DNA from: Acidobacteriota bacterium
GTDB lineage: Bacteria > Acidobacteriota > UBA6911 > RPQK01 > CBDBID01
Direction of reading: 5' to 3'
Length of the DNA: 64,000 nt
Assembly (NCBI GenBank): GCA_965205565.1
Contig: CBDBID010000037.1
Span: 22,547-86,546, forward strand
The notes beneath the pieces were generated by a model that was not told the origin of the DNA, made no database searches, and worked only from the letters and a program-made list of their open reading frames with translations. Numbering within the stretch: the first letter of the stretch is position 1; each line of letters opens with the position of its first letter. Positions 49,983-59,790 of the stretch are shown here, piece after piece. The translations under genes and the position numbers were made by a program.

Positions 49983-50648
49983 ATGACGGTCGACCGTTAC
50001 CAGGGCGAGCGCCGGCAGATGGTGCAATCGCAACTGCAGAACCGAGGAATCCAGCGGCCGGAAATCCTCGAAGCTTTCTTGCGGGTTCCACGCCATAAAT
50101 TTGTTCCCCGCGAACTGCAAGGACAAGCTTACCGAGACAGCCCACTCGCCATCGGCAAGAAACAGACCATCAGTCAACCCTACATGGTGGCTTTGATGAC
50201 GCAGGCGGCAGCCGTCACTGCCGGCGGTCGAGTGTTGGAAATCGGCACCGGGAGCGGCTATCAAACCGCTATCCTGCTAGAGCTCGGAGCGGAAGTCTAC
50301 ACGGTGGAGCGCTTGCCCGAGCTGGGCACGCCTGCCAAAGAGAGATTGGAGAGGCTCGCTTACACCGGATTCCAACTGAGGCTGGGAGATGGAACCTTGG
50401 GCTGGGCCGAGCAGAGTCCCTTTGACGCCATCCTGGTCACGGCCGGTGCACCCCAGATTCCCCAACCCCTCCTGGAACAACTGAAAGTGGGCGCGCGTTT
50501 GGTGATCCCTCTGGACGAGGGGCCCTCTCAGGTGCTGTACATAGTCCTCAGGACGAAACGGGGCTTTGAGAAGAACCGGGGCGAGCGGTGTACCTTCGTC
50601 CCCCTGATCGGACAGCAGGGTTGGAGCGAGGATCCGCGCCCTCATTAA
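49983..50648 (+). CDS. pcm: Protein-L-isoaspartate O-methyltransferase
   Basis: VPRH.FV, QTISQPYMVA, VLEIGTGSGYQ, GDG..GW, FVPLIG. Confidence 0.96.
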   Translation: MTVDRYQGERRQMVQSQLQNRGIQRPEILEAFLRVPRHKFVPRELQGQAYRDSPLAIGKKQTISQPYMVALMTQAAAVTAGGRVLEIGTGSGYQTAILLELGAEVYTVERLPELGTPAKERLERLAYTGFQLRLGDGTLGWAEQSPFDAILVTAGAPQIPQPLLEQLKVGARLVIPLDEGPSQVLYIVLRTKRGFEKNRGERCTFVPLIGQQGWSEDPRPH

Positions 50649-50699
50649 ACCGAGACCCATCCTCGGGCCCCAGATGCGCGCAGGCAGCTCGACTTTCCC

Positions 50700-52119
50700 T
50701 CAAGCACCCTCTGGTAGAACGGCAAAAAACGGCTCGACTTTTTCCCTTGCTGGTGGGCTTCCCAGGTAGGAGCCGATCACCACAGCGATGACCGAAACGG
50801 CGACCGCCGGGAGAACTGCATCCAAGTGAGGGCTGCCATAGACCTCCCACAGCAGCGTGGCGGCGGTTCCGGAAGAGATCGAGGCTACCGCCCCGAGGGC
50901 GTTGGCGCGCTTCCAAAAAAAGGCCGCCAGCAGAGCGAGTGTAATGCCGGCTCCATAGATGGTGTAGGCTAGCAAAGCCACCGCCAGAAACTCATCCGAA
51001 AGGGTAGAGAGGTAGTAGGAGGTGGCCCCCCAGCAAGATGACCGTCCATCGCAAACCCCGAACCAGAGATTTCTCGCTGGCCTGGGGGGTCACGAAGCGC
51101 TGGTAGACATCCCGGATGATACAACTGGCCGGTGCCAGCAGATAGCTGCCCGCCGTGGACAGGACGATCGCCATGATCGTTGCCAGCAGCAAGGCTCCCA
51201 CTGGGAGCGGCAAATGATCCCGGGCCGCATGGGCTATAACTCACCCATGGATTTCCAGATCCGGCTCTAAGGCGCTCGAGACCCAAGCCACCACGATGAT
51301 GGCCGATTCCATCACCGTCACACCCAGCAGGGTCCACAGGGCGGCTCGTTGGGCCACCTTGCGGTTAAGCGCTGAGAAAAATCGCTGATACATATTGGCG
51401 TCGCCCAGAACTAGGAGAAAGGCGGGCAGGATCAATCCCACGGCCTCCAACGGCGGGATGGGGCCCAGCAGCTCGAAGTGCGAGGCGTCCAGGTTTCGGC
51501 TCATTCCCTCCAACCCGCCGGCTCGGTTCCAGAAAACGGGCAAGGTAACCAGGACGCCTACAATCATGATGACCCCGTGGACCATGCCGATGTAGGCCAC
51601 CGAAATCATCCCAGCCAGTGCGGTGTACAGGATGACGAAGACAGTCACCAAAAAAACGGCCAGTGGCAGTGGCAGACTGGGTAGAGCCAAGTTGAGAACA
51701 GCGCCCGTCGCCCGCTACTGATAGGAGACGATGGTGGTATAGGCAATCACCAAAGTGATCACCCCCAGGATTCGAGCCAGCGGATGGTATCGAACTTCCA
51801 GTAGATCCTGGACCGTAATCTGCCTCAGGCCGCGCACCCGACCAGCCAGCAGCGTAAGGACAGCGATCCCAAAAAGAGAACCGAGGGGCAGGATCAGCGC
51901 GGCAACTCCCACCCGGTAGGTCTTCTCCGCATTCCCAAAAATGCTGCCCGTCCCGATCCGGGTGGCCAGCAACGTTGCAAACAGGACGAAAGTGTTGAGA
52001 CTGCGGCCGGCAACGGAAAAGTCCTCCTGTGTGGAGACCTTTCGAGAGGTGCGAAGCCCCACCCCCACCAAGGCCAACAAGTAGGCCAGGATGACCCAGA
52101 AATAGGCCGAGCTGTTCAC
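50700..52119 (-). pseudogene. Sodium:solute symporter (SSS/PutP family), disrupted
   Basis: DF.VAGR, YQRF.SA, AI.LSTA motifs; in-frame TAG 51715-51717, in-frame TGA 51241-51243, frameshift in G-run near 51025. Confidence 0.85.
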
Positions 52120-52856
52120 GGTTTCAATTGCCAGGTTTTCTCATGCATTCCGAAATTGACCGCCTCTTTCCGGGAAGCCGTGACCACCACCTTAAGGACT
52201 TCATAGTCCTTCTGCACTGGAGGCACTTTCAGGGACGCATGAAACACGTTGGTGCGGCCGGCATAGGCCAGGGCGACATAGTGGATTCGTCGATCCTGAT
52301 GGTAGACGGTAGCCACCACCTTGAGTTGATTGGCGTCCCAGAGCCCTCCGGGCTCGATGGGGCACCCTCAGAGCAGGCGAACAGAGGCCTCGAGGTCGAG
52401 TGGCTGGCCCGGGTGAAACACCTCTACGGCGGGCGGCTTCATCACCTCAACAATGAAGCCTTGAAGCTGAAGGAGGAGGCCTTCACCCTCGACATGCTCC
52501 CCGGGAATCAGCCAGGTGGTCGTACTGGCCCTCTGCAAGGCCTGGGGAAAAGCGAGCGGGCCTTCGGCGATCACCTCCACCGGTATCGGCTGGTCCAGGG
52601 GGAACTCAAAGCGACAACTGGCGGTGCCTTCCGTCCCGTAGACCAGATCCCCCCGGACATGAGGCTGATTCATGATCCGATCGGTGTCGCCGGAGCCCCC
52701 TCGATGCAAGCCGCGAGCCAGTACGTCTCCGCTGATTGCGTGGCGAACCGTCACCCGACACCCTCCCACCAGGGATCCGATCACCTTGGCATCACAGGAA
52801 ACCACCCGCACCGTGAGAACCATCTTTCGCCCCGACTCTACGCTATCTTCCAGCAT
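52116..52856 (-). CDS. Putative selenoprotein (U-G-C motif), 246 aa, function unknown
   Basis: ORFs 52368-52856 and 52116-52319 are in one frame, separated only by TGA 52368-52370: VRLL-U-GCPIEPGGLWDA; SECIS-like hairpin follows. Confidence 0.7.
52332..52366 (-). promoter_or_regulatory. Putative bacterial SECIS element
   Basis: GGTGCCCCA-TC-GAGCCC-GGA-GGGCTC-TGGGACGCC; apical loop starts with G, 18 nt after the UGA. Confidence 0.6.
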
Positions 52857-52988
52857 GGCCCGAGGCTAGCACGCGGAGGGTGGCTTGAAAATGTCGAAGT
52901 GGACCCAATCGAGATTCTAGTTGAGCCCGTGCCCCTGGCGACAAGGTCCGATGGCGATGGGTGCAGTTGCGCCCTGGAGAACGGGGGG

Positions 52989-53020
52989 GGCGAAGGAATG
53001 GGGGGGATGCGATTCCCAGG
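52989..53020 (+). repeat. Degenerate direct repeat of the tRNA-Ser 3' end (att-like)
   Basis: 53000-53020 GGGGGGGATGCGATTCCCAGG vs 59800-59820 GGGGGGGATTCGAACCCCCGG (17/21), both preceded by GGCG.AG. Confidence 0.45.
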
Positions 53021-53032
53021 CTAGCTGCCCAG

Positions 53033-53107
53033 CTACCGGCGGCCCAGGGGTGAACTGGTGTCGATGTTTTCCTGGTAGCTGACAAAATCGATCCCCAGGC
53101 TGCGAAA
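53033..53107 (-). pseudogene. Small serine recombinase (resolvase) fragment
   Basis: Manual translation FRSLGIDFVSYQENIDTSSPLGR matches the resolvase G..FVS..E.IDT..P.GR segment. Confidence 0.7.
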
Positions 53108-53298
53108 GGAGTGCCCGGGAACGCCATCTTCGCTGTCCGACAGGATGAACCGGAGTTCTCCCTGTTGTTCGGGCGGTCTTGTTGTAGGAAAATGGGATCG
53201 ATCCTTCGATGCACAATCACCGAGGCAGAGTGGCCTACCGGGGAACCCGGCTTTAGGTGTGATGGTGCGGTCGATTCCAGGGTTAGGAGTTCGAACCT

Positions 53299-54213
53299 AT
53301 GAAAAATTCCCGGAGTAACTGCCTTCCGGCTCTTCTTTTGCCGCTGCTGTGTTTGTTCTTAGAGCCGGACCAAATTGCCGCCCAAGATGTCACCCAGCCT
53401 AGTACCGGCGATCTAATCATGTCGGAAAAGTCGATACCACTAGTGCCAATCGGTAAAGGAGTCTTTCCGGATGACGGATTCGTTCATCGGGGTGCCAGCG
53501 CATCGGCATTCATGTGGCCCGTCGACGTACCCGATGTTGGCCACAGAGCCAACTCCATCCTGGCCCGAGTCGCGCTCCTGCAATATGAGCCTGGCGGCGG
53601 CACCAACGCACGAACCTACCCAGACATCCGGGAACGAGCCTACTATGTGATTGAGGGGCTGGCTGGATTTACCCTGGGTCACCCCAAGAGAGAGGTGGGA
53701 GCAGGAGACCTCGTCTTTGCCCCCAGCGGGGTCCAGCACGGATATGAGGTCCTAGGAGAGACTCCCCTCAAGATCCTGTTGATGGAATGGCGAAGCGGGG
53801 ACCGGAGCAAAAGCCGATCGCTGGCCGCTACGGTCGTCTCTGAGAGGATGAAGCCGTTGACGAGGCTGAGGGGTGAGGATGCCGGTAGCCATCAGGGCAT
53901 GTCGTCTTCGCCCTTCATCACCCCTCAGGATTACCCCAACCTTGGTCACAAAGGAAACTCCTCGCTAGCCTGGATCTCCCTGCGGGAGTTCAAAGCAGAC
54001 CCCGATCTCAAGCCCTCCTCCCCTCACGCCCACCCCACTTCCGAACAAGCATTCTATCTCCTGGATGGAAAAGCTCGATTCGTGGTGGGCGAGATTGTAC
54101 GAGAGGTGGGTCCTGGAGAGCTGGTTTTCGCGCCCAGGCATGTGAAGCACGGCTACGAGGTGGTGGGCGGGACACCGGTCAAATGGCTGATGATGATTTG
54201 GTCCAGCGAGTAG
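53299..54213 (+). CDS. Secreted tandem cupin-domain protein
   Basis: Signal peptide; two repeats E..YY..EG...F...G.LVFAP..V.HGYEV.G.TP; second repeat has HAH...EQ. Confidence 0.85.
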   Translation: MKNSRSNCLPALLLPLLCLFLEPDQIAAQDVTQPSTGDLIMSEKSIPLVPIGKGVFPDDGFVHRGASASAFMWPVDVPDVGHRANSILARVALLQYEPGGGTNARTYPDIRERAYYVIEGLAGFTLGHPKREVGAGDLVFAPSGVQHGYEVLGETPLKILLMEWRSGDRSKSRSLAATVVSERMKPLTRLRGEDAGSHQGMSSSPFITPQDYPNLGHKGNSSLAWISLREFKADPDLKPSSPHAHPTSEQAFYLLDGKARFVVGEIVREVGPGELVFAPRHVKHGYEVVGGTPVKWLMMIWSSE

Positions 54214-54238
54214 AGAATTCTAGTCAGCCATCTTGATA

Positions 54239-54568
54239 ATGATGAACTCGAATGACCACCGGTGGCGCACCCACCGAGTCGAGTGCTGGCTCAGCTAAGA
54301 GGAGTATCAGAGCCTGTGGGAGTTCGCTTTGCGGGAGGATCGGACCGCATTGAGCGGCTTGAGGCAGGCATTAAACGCTTACCTTCAGCGAGATGCCGAG
54401 CCAAAGCGAACGAGCCTTTTTGAGATTCGCCTAATGAGGCAGCTGGACGCCGAAAAGCACCTCGTGGTTAACGGGCGGTTAAGGCCAGCGTCAGACAACG
54501 CTGCGCAAGGACGGGCGATGGATTTTGCTTTGCAGTTGGTTAAGTGGGCTGATTCGAAGGGTGATTGA
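54239..54568 (+). pseudogene. Ribbon-helix-helix-like DNA-binding protein with in-frame TAA (54296-54298)
   Basis: HRVECWLS*EEYQSLWEFALREDRTALSGLRQALNAYL fits a strand-helix-turn-helix pattern. Confidence 0.45.
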
Positions 54569-54620
54569 GGAAAACTCTCAGCTGGTAGATGGCAAAGTCT
54601 GTCGGACGGGAATGACGGGT

Positions 54621-55110
54621 TCATGGGCTGCTGTCTTTGTGCAAGATCGTATCTTTCCCATCGGTGAGCCATTCCAGGTTGAATCGGGCGAAGGTGATTT
54701 TCTGATAGTTTGAATGTTGTTCGTTCGATACCAATGGGCCCTCATCGCCCCGCTCATAGAGACAACCGGCCGTCAGGTCCGGCAGGATGGTCAGGCAGGA
54801 ATAAGCCGTCGGGCCCCCATAAAGTTGCTTAGCGACCGGCCACGTCTGGCCGCCATCGTAGCTGAGGCGAACGGTCATGTTCTCCCGCTCGGTGCTGGCC
54901 GGATTGGAAAAAAGGAGCCGGTCCTTGTCGTGACTGACACGATCCGTAAAGTGGGACAAGCTGGCCTGGCAGCGAGGCTCAATAAGAGCTGGATCTTCCA
55001 CAACTTCCGACCAGGTCATGCCTCCGTCCCTACTGCGGGCAATTTTTCGGTGGTTACCGGCAACACCCCGCATGTTCAGTAACAGCGTGCCGTCGCCCAG
55101 CTCCGCCAGC
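54621..55110 (-). pseudogene. Sialidase (GH33/BNR) C-terminal fragment
   Basis: QLAELGDGTLLLNMR, Asp-boxes SRDGGMTW and SYDGGQTW, AYSCL, LYE; N-terminal half absent. Confidence 0.82.
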
Positions 55111-55321
55111 TGGGGTGCTTCTTCAGGGAAGTGTTGTTGAGGGCGGAGGACTTCCGACCAAAGGCCGCTTGAGATCCAGTGTACAGTTACATCAGAGAGC
55201 TTCTGTCAGGTATGTAGCTTGCCGCATACATGTTTGATGACAGAAAAGCCACGGGAAACCCAGGCAGAATTACATGTTGTGGAGCTCAAGGAGAAAGTCA
55301 ACAACAGTTCCCTGATGAAGC

Positions 55322-55678
55322 ACCGGCCAATCGGGCAATCCCAAGGGCCGTCCCGCCAAGGCGCGCAACTTCAAGAGCGACGTGAAAAAGACGCTTGAGA
55401 TCCCCATTCGGCTTGTCAAGGATGGCAAGCCGCAGACCGTGTCGACCCAAGAAGGGGTGCTCCTGCGCTTGCGTGAGAAGGCGCTCAAGGGGGATGCCCG
55501 ATCGCTGGATCTCCTGGTGGAGCTCGCGCAAACCTACAACGCGGAAGAGCTGGCCACGGCCGCCGGCGGCGTATTGGGCGCGTCGGATCAAGAGATTCTC
55601 GAAAACTACCGAGAGCGGGTTTTGCGTCAGGGGACAAATGCTGAAGCGAACGAACCGGAGGAGCCCGGCGATGCCTGA
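55322..55678 (+). pseudogene. DUF5681 protein (terminase small subunit-like), 5'-truncated
   Basis: GQSGNPKGRP in frame with ORF 55382-55678, KALKGD.R; in-frame TGA at 55316 and no start codon before the motif. Confidence 0.72.
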
Positions 55679-57104
55679 CGCGAGCGTCCTGGCGGCCGCG
55701 ATGCGGTCGGATCTGGCGGCGTTCATCCAGAAAGCGTTCCAGACGGTCTCGCCGGAGGACAGATACCGGCACAACTGGCACATTGAAGCCATCGCCTATC
55801 AATTGGGCCGTTGCTTGGATCGCCAGAGCCGGCGCCTGATCATCACGCAACCGCCCCGCTCCCTGAAATCGATCTGCGCATCCGTCGCTTTCGTCGCCTG
55901 GGCCTTGGGCCGCAACCCCAAGCTGCGCTTCATCTGCGTGAGCTATTCCGACGCCCTGGCGGCCGCGCTGGCCCGGCAATTCCGTCAGGTCGTCAACAGC
56001 GGCTGGTACCGCGCCCTTTTTCCGGGCACGCGGCTTAGCAAAAACACCGGGATCGAGTGCGTGACCACCGCGGGCGGGGGCCGCCTGGCGACCTCCATCG
56101 GCGGCACCCTGACCGGACGGGGCGCGGACATGATTATTGTCGACGATCCGCTCAAGGCCGGGGACGCCAGCTCCAAGACCGTCCGCGACGATGTCAACGA
56201 ATGGTATACGACGGCCCTGGTCTCCCGCCTCAACGACAAGGCGCGCGATGTGATGATCGTCCTCATGCAGCGGCTGCCCCAGGACGATCTCGCCGGCCAT
56301 TTGCTTCAAAGCGGCGATTGGCATCATTTGAATCTTCCGGCCATCGCCGAGGAGGACCAATCGATCGCCCTGGGGCCGGAACAGACCCATGATCGCAAGC
56401 GCGGCGATGTGCTCCATCCCGGGCGGGAATCGCTTCCGACGCTGATGCGCATCAAGGAGGAAGTCGGTAGTCTCACCTTTTCCGCGCAATACCAGCAAAG
56501 ACCCGTGCCCCATGAGGGCAATCTGATCAAAAGAGAATGGCTGAAGTACTACGACCAGCTACCGGAGCGGGACATCGGCTGGCAGATCGTGCAAAGCTGG
56601 GACGTGGCCACGACGGTCAACAAGAGCAGCGATTACTCTGTGTGCACGACCTGGGCGGTGCACCGGCAAACCTGCTACCTGGTCGAGGTGTGGCGCGGCC
56701 AGCGGGGTTACCCGGGCGTCAAGCGCGCCATCGTCCAGCGGGCCCTGGCTCAACGCGTAAACACGATCCTGATCGAAAAGGCGGGGCCGGGGCTGCACCT
56801 GGTTCAGGAGTTGCGCCACCATGGCGACGTGTGTGTGCCGGCTCCCATCGGCATTCAGCCGGAGGGCGACAAGCTGTCGCGCACCGAGGCTCAATTGACG
56901 GATTTCGAGTCGGGACGAGTCCTCCTTCCCAGGCACGCGCCCTGGCTGGGCGAGTTTCTCAATGAGCTGCTCGCCTTTCCCAACAGCCGGCACGACGATC
57001 AGGTCGACAGCGTCACGCAGTTTCTCGGTTGGCAGCGGGGCCGGCAACGCAGGCACCGCCGGATCTCCACCGCGGCTCCCACCCTGGTATCCATGGAGGG
57101 TTGA
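55671..57104 (+). CDS. Phage terminase large subunit-like protein
   Basis: Walker A-like PPRSLKS, TGRGAD.IIVDDP, MQRL, AQYQQ.P, QSWD, IE.A, FP..RHDDQVD; start ATG 55671. Confidence 0.9.
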   Translation: MPDASVLAAAMRSDLAAFIQKAFQTVSPEDRYRHNWHIEAIAYQLGRCLDRQSRRLIITQPPRSLKSICASVAFVAWALGRNPKLRFICVSYSDALAAALARQFRQVVNSGWYRALFPGTRLSKNTGIECVTTAGGGRLATSIGGTLTGRGADMIIVDDPLKAGDASSKTVRDDVNEWYTTALVSRLNDKARDVMIVLMQRLPQDDLAGHLLQSGDWHHLNLPAIAEEDQSIALGPEQTHDRKRGDVLHPGRESLPTLMRIKEEVGSLTFSAQYQQRPVPHEGNLIKREWLKYYDQLPERDIGWQIVQSWDVATTVNKSSDYSVCTTWAVHRQTCYLVEVWRGQRGYPGVKRAIVQRALAQRVNTILIEKAGPGLHLVQELRHHGDVCVPAPIGIQPEGDKLSRTEAQLTDFESGRVLLPRHAPWLGEFLNELLAFPNSRHDDQVDSVTQFLGWQRGRQRRHRRISTAAPTLVSMEG

Positions 57105-57327
57105 CTCCAACGCGTCTGAAACCCGCTGTTTCTGACGACGATGAGCGTGTTGAGGCGGCGGTCCGGGGGAGGGAGTTCGCCTCAGACGTGTTGGCCTGGT
57201 CGCCCATCCTCCCCCAGCACGATTGATCTTCACTTTCGGACTGGACTTCCACCGGGCAACGGAGCGTCAATGGAGGTGACCCGGGCGGCAATCATCGATG
57301 ACGGGCTTGCCCGGAGGAGGCCACGAG

Positions 57328-57786
57328 ATGCCGACGATCGAGACCCGGATGACCGGGATCCAGGAGATGGACCTGCCGGCGCTGCGCGATGCATGGCGGC
57401 GCCATTACCGGGTGCCCCCGCCCCGGCGACTCAGCCGTGACCTGCTGATGCGCGCCATCGCCTATAAGCTCCAGGGAAAAACGCATGGGGGCTTAAGCAA
57501 GGCAACGCGGCGGCGCCTGCGCACGTTGGCCAAGGCTTTCTCCGAGACCGGCCGCATCGTCCCGGTGAACGGTACCAAGATTCGCCTCGGCACACGGCTG
57601 GTGCGCGAATGGCAGGGCCGGACCCATGTCGTCACCGCGACGGAAAGCGGCTTCGATTACGACGGGGAGGCCTATGGTTCCTTGAGTGCTATCGCCCAAC
57701 GCATCACGGGCGCGCACTGGTCCGGTCCTCGCTTCTTCGGCCTGCGGCCTTCAGGCGAGAGCGCATCGGCGGCGGACCATGGCTGA
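57328..57786 (+). CDS. DUF2924-domain protein
   Basis: LR..W, AY.LQ...GGL, GTRLVREWQG..H.V, SLSAIA..ITG.HWSGPRFFGL. Confidence 0.9.
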   Translation: MPTIETRMTGIQEMDLPALRDAWRRHYRVPPPRRLSRDLLMRAIAYKLQGKTHGGLSKATRRRLRTLAKAFSETGRIVPVNGTKIRLGTRLVREWQGRTHVVTATESGFDYDGEAYGSLSAIAQRITGAHWSGPRFFGLRPSGESASAADHG

Positions 57787-59530
57787 GCGTCGGAAATCAC
57801 CACGAGCGAAGGGTCCGGCCACGGTGCGCTGCTCCATCTATACCCGCAAATCCTCCGAAGAAGGCCTCGAACAGGACTTCAACTCGCTGCAGGCGCAACG
57901 GGAGGCCTGCGAGGCCTATATCGCGAGCCAGAAGCACGAGGGCTGGATCGTGCTGCCCACCTGTTACGACGATGGCGGTGTCTCCGGCGCCACCCTGGAG
58001 CGCCCGGCATTGCAACGCCTGCTCGCCGATGTCGAGGTCGGGCGGATCGACACGATCGTCGTCTACAAGGTCGACCGGCTGACCCGGACGCTGTCGGATT
58101 TTGCCCGGCTTGTGGAGATTTTTGATCGAAAAGCGGTCTCCTTCGTCTCCGTCACCCAGCAGTTCAACACCACCACCTCGATGGGGCGTCTGACCTTGAA
58201 CGTCCTGCTCTCCTTCGCCCAGTTCGAGCGCGAGGTCACGGGCGAACGTATCCGCGACAAGATCGCCGCCTCGAAGAAGAAGGGGATGTGGATGGGCGGC
58301 AACCCGCCCTTGGGCTACGATGTGAAGGACAAAAAGCTCATCGTCAACGAGGCCGAGGCCGAAACGGTCCGGTCTATCTTCCGCCAGTACCGGGAGATCG
58401 AATCCGTGCGTGAACTGCGCGACCGGCTCGCCGCCGAAGGCGTCACCAGCAAGCGGCGAGTGAGGCGCGACGGCAGTATTGTCGGCGGCAAACCCATCAA
58501 CCGCGGGGCGTTGTATCACCTGCTCCACAATCGCCTCTACCGGGGCGAGATGGTCCACAAGGACAAGGCCTATCCCGGCCAGCATGAGGCCATTGTCGAT
58601 GAAGCGCTGTGGGATGAGGTTCAAGCCACCCTGGCCGCCAACACGAACGGCGAGCGCCGAGAAGGGACCCGGCAACCGAGCCTGCTGACGGGGCTTGTCG
58701 TTGACGAGCAGGGCGAGGGCCTCTCACCCAGCCATGCCGTCAAGAAGGGACAGCGCTATCGCTACTACGTCTCCCGCCACCTCATCACCGAAGGCAGGAG
58801 AACCGACCGCAAGGGCTGGCGGCTTCCGGCGGCGGACCTCGAAGGCCTCGTTACTGTCCGTCTCAGAGACTGGCTCGCTGATGCGGCCGCGATCAGCGCC
58901 GTCATCGATGGAGACCCTCAAGAGGCATCGGCTCATGCCGGCTTGATCACCCAGGCGCAATCGCTCGCGGACCGGTGGCCTGAGCTGAAACCGCGCCAGG
59001 CCAAGGCCTATCTCAATGCGCTTCTCCGGCGGGTGATCGTCGAGTCCGCCCGCATCGTGATCGAGATCGACGGCGAGCGGGCCCTGGCCACCCTCCTGGC
59101 AGGACCGGACGTCGTCTCAATAAAAAGATCGAGGCAGGACGCTCAGCCAGCCAAACATCCGATCATCCTGGATATTCCAATCGCCCTTGAGCGCGCTGGC
59201 ACGGGCATGAAACTAGTCGTCCCCGGCGCCCGCAACAATGCCAAGTGCGCCCCGGGCCTGATCCGGCTGCTGCTGCGCGCCTTCGCCATCCAGGATCGAT
59301 TGGAGCAAAACCCCGATCTCACCCTGCAGCGGATCGCCGAGGCCGAAGGCGTCTCACCCTCCTATGTCACCCGGTTGCTGCGGCTTGCCTACCTTGCCCC
59401 GGACATCGTCACGGCAATCATCGACGGTCGGCAACCGCCTGGGCTGACCGCGAACACGCTCATGAAGAACACCCGCCTGCCGTTCAGGTGGGAAGCCCAG
59501 CGAAAGCGGCTTGGGTTCAAGCACGCTTGA
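57779..59530 (+). CDS. Large serine recombinase/integrase
   Basis: IYTRKS, DGGVSG..LERPAL, YKVDRLTR, FAQFERE..GERIRDK, LGY, H.AIVD, YRYY, RLLRLAYLAPDI. Confidence 0.95.
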   Translation: MAERRKSPRAKGPATVRCSIYTRKSSEEGLEQDFNSLQAQREACEAYIASQKHEGWIVLPTCYDDGGVSGATLERPALQRLLADVEVGRIDTIVVYKVDRLTRTLSDFARLVEIFDRKAVSFVSVTQQFNTTTSMGRLTLNVLLSFAQFEREVTGERIRDKIAASKKKGMWMGGNPPLGYDVKDKKLIVNEAEAETVRSIFRQYREIESVRELRDRLAAEGVTSKRRVRRDGSIVGGKPINRGALYHLLHNRLYRGEMVHKDKAYPGQHEAIVDEALWDEVQATLAANTNGERREGTRQPSLLTGLVVDEQGEGLSPSHAVKKGQRYRYYVSRHLITEGRRTDRKGWRLPAADLEGLVTVRLRDWLADAAAISAVIDGDPQEASAHAGLITQAQSLADRWPELKPRQAKAYLNALLRRVIVESARIVIEIDGERALATLLAGPDVVSIKRSRQDAQPAKHPIILDIPIALERAGTGMKLVVPGARNNAKCAPGLIRLLLRAFAIQDRLEQNPDLTLQRIAEAEGVSPSYVTRLLRLAYLAPDIVTAIIDGRQPPGLTANTLMKNTRLPFRWEAQRKRLGFKHA

Positions 59531-59790
59531 CCTCCGGTCCATCCCAAGCCGGCCGGTTCTGTCGCTGGATGCAGGTCGTAGAGAGCTGCGTCAACCGTTT
59601 CGGACGTCGAAAAGACGGACCACTGAAAAGGGCTTGAGAGACGATGGCGCAGAAACGGCGCGCCACACCGCAACGACGCGTCTCTTTCAATGGAGGTCCA
59701 TTGCCAAAGTGCCCGTAAACGCCTGAAAATTAAAGACAAATCTGGTTAGAGAATTGAGAATAACGCAGTAATATCAACGAGATAAGTGGG

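Noticed and set aside
53263..53298. TGGTGCGGTCGA...GTTCGAACC resembling a reversed tRNA 3' end
   Set aside because: Needs a ~10 nt insertion and overlaps the cupin RBS; likely chance.
55311..55345. CTGATGA hammerhead ribozyme core
   Set aside because: No stem II followed by GAAA; the sequence runs into DUF5681 codons.
55671..59530. Complete prophage
   Set aside because: No portal, capsid, tail, lysis or replication genes.
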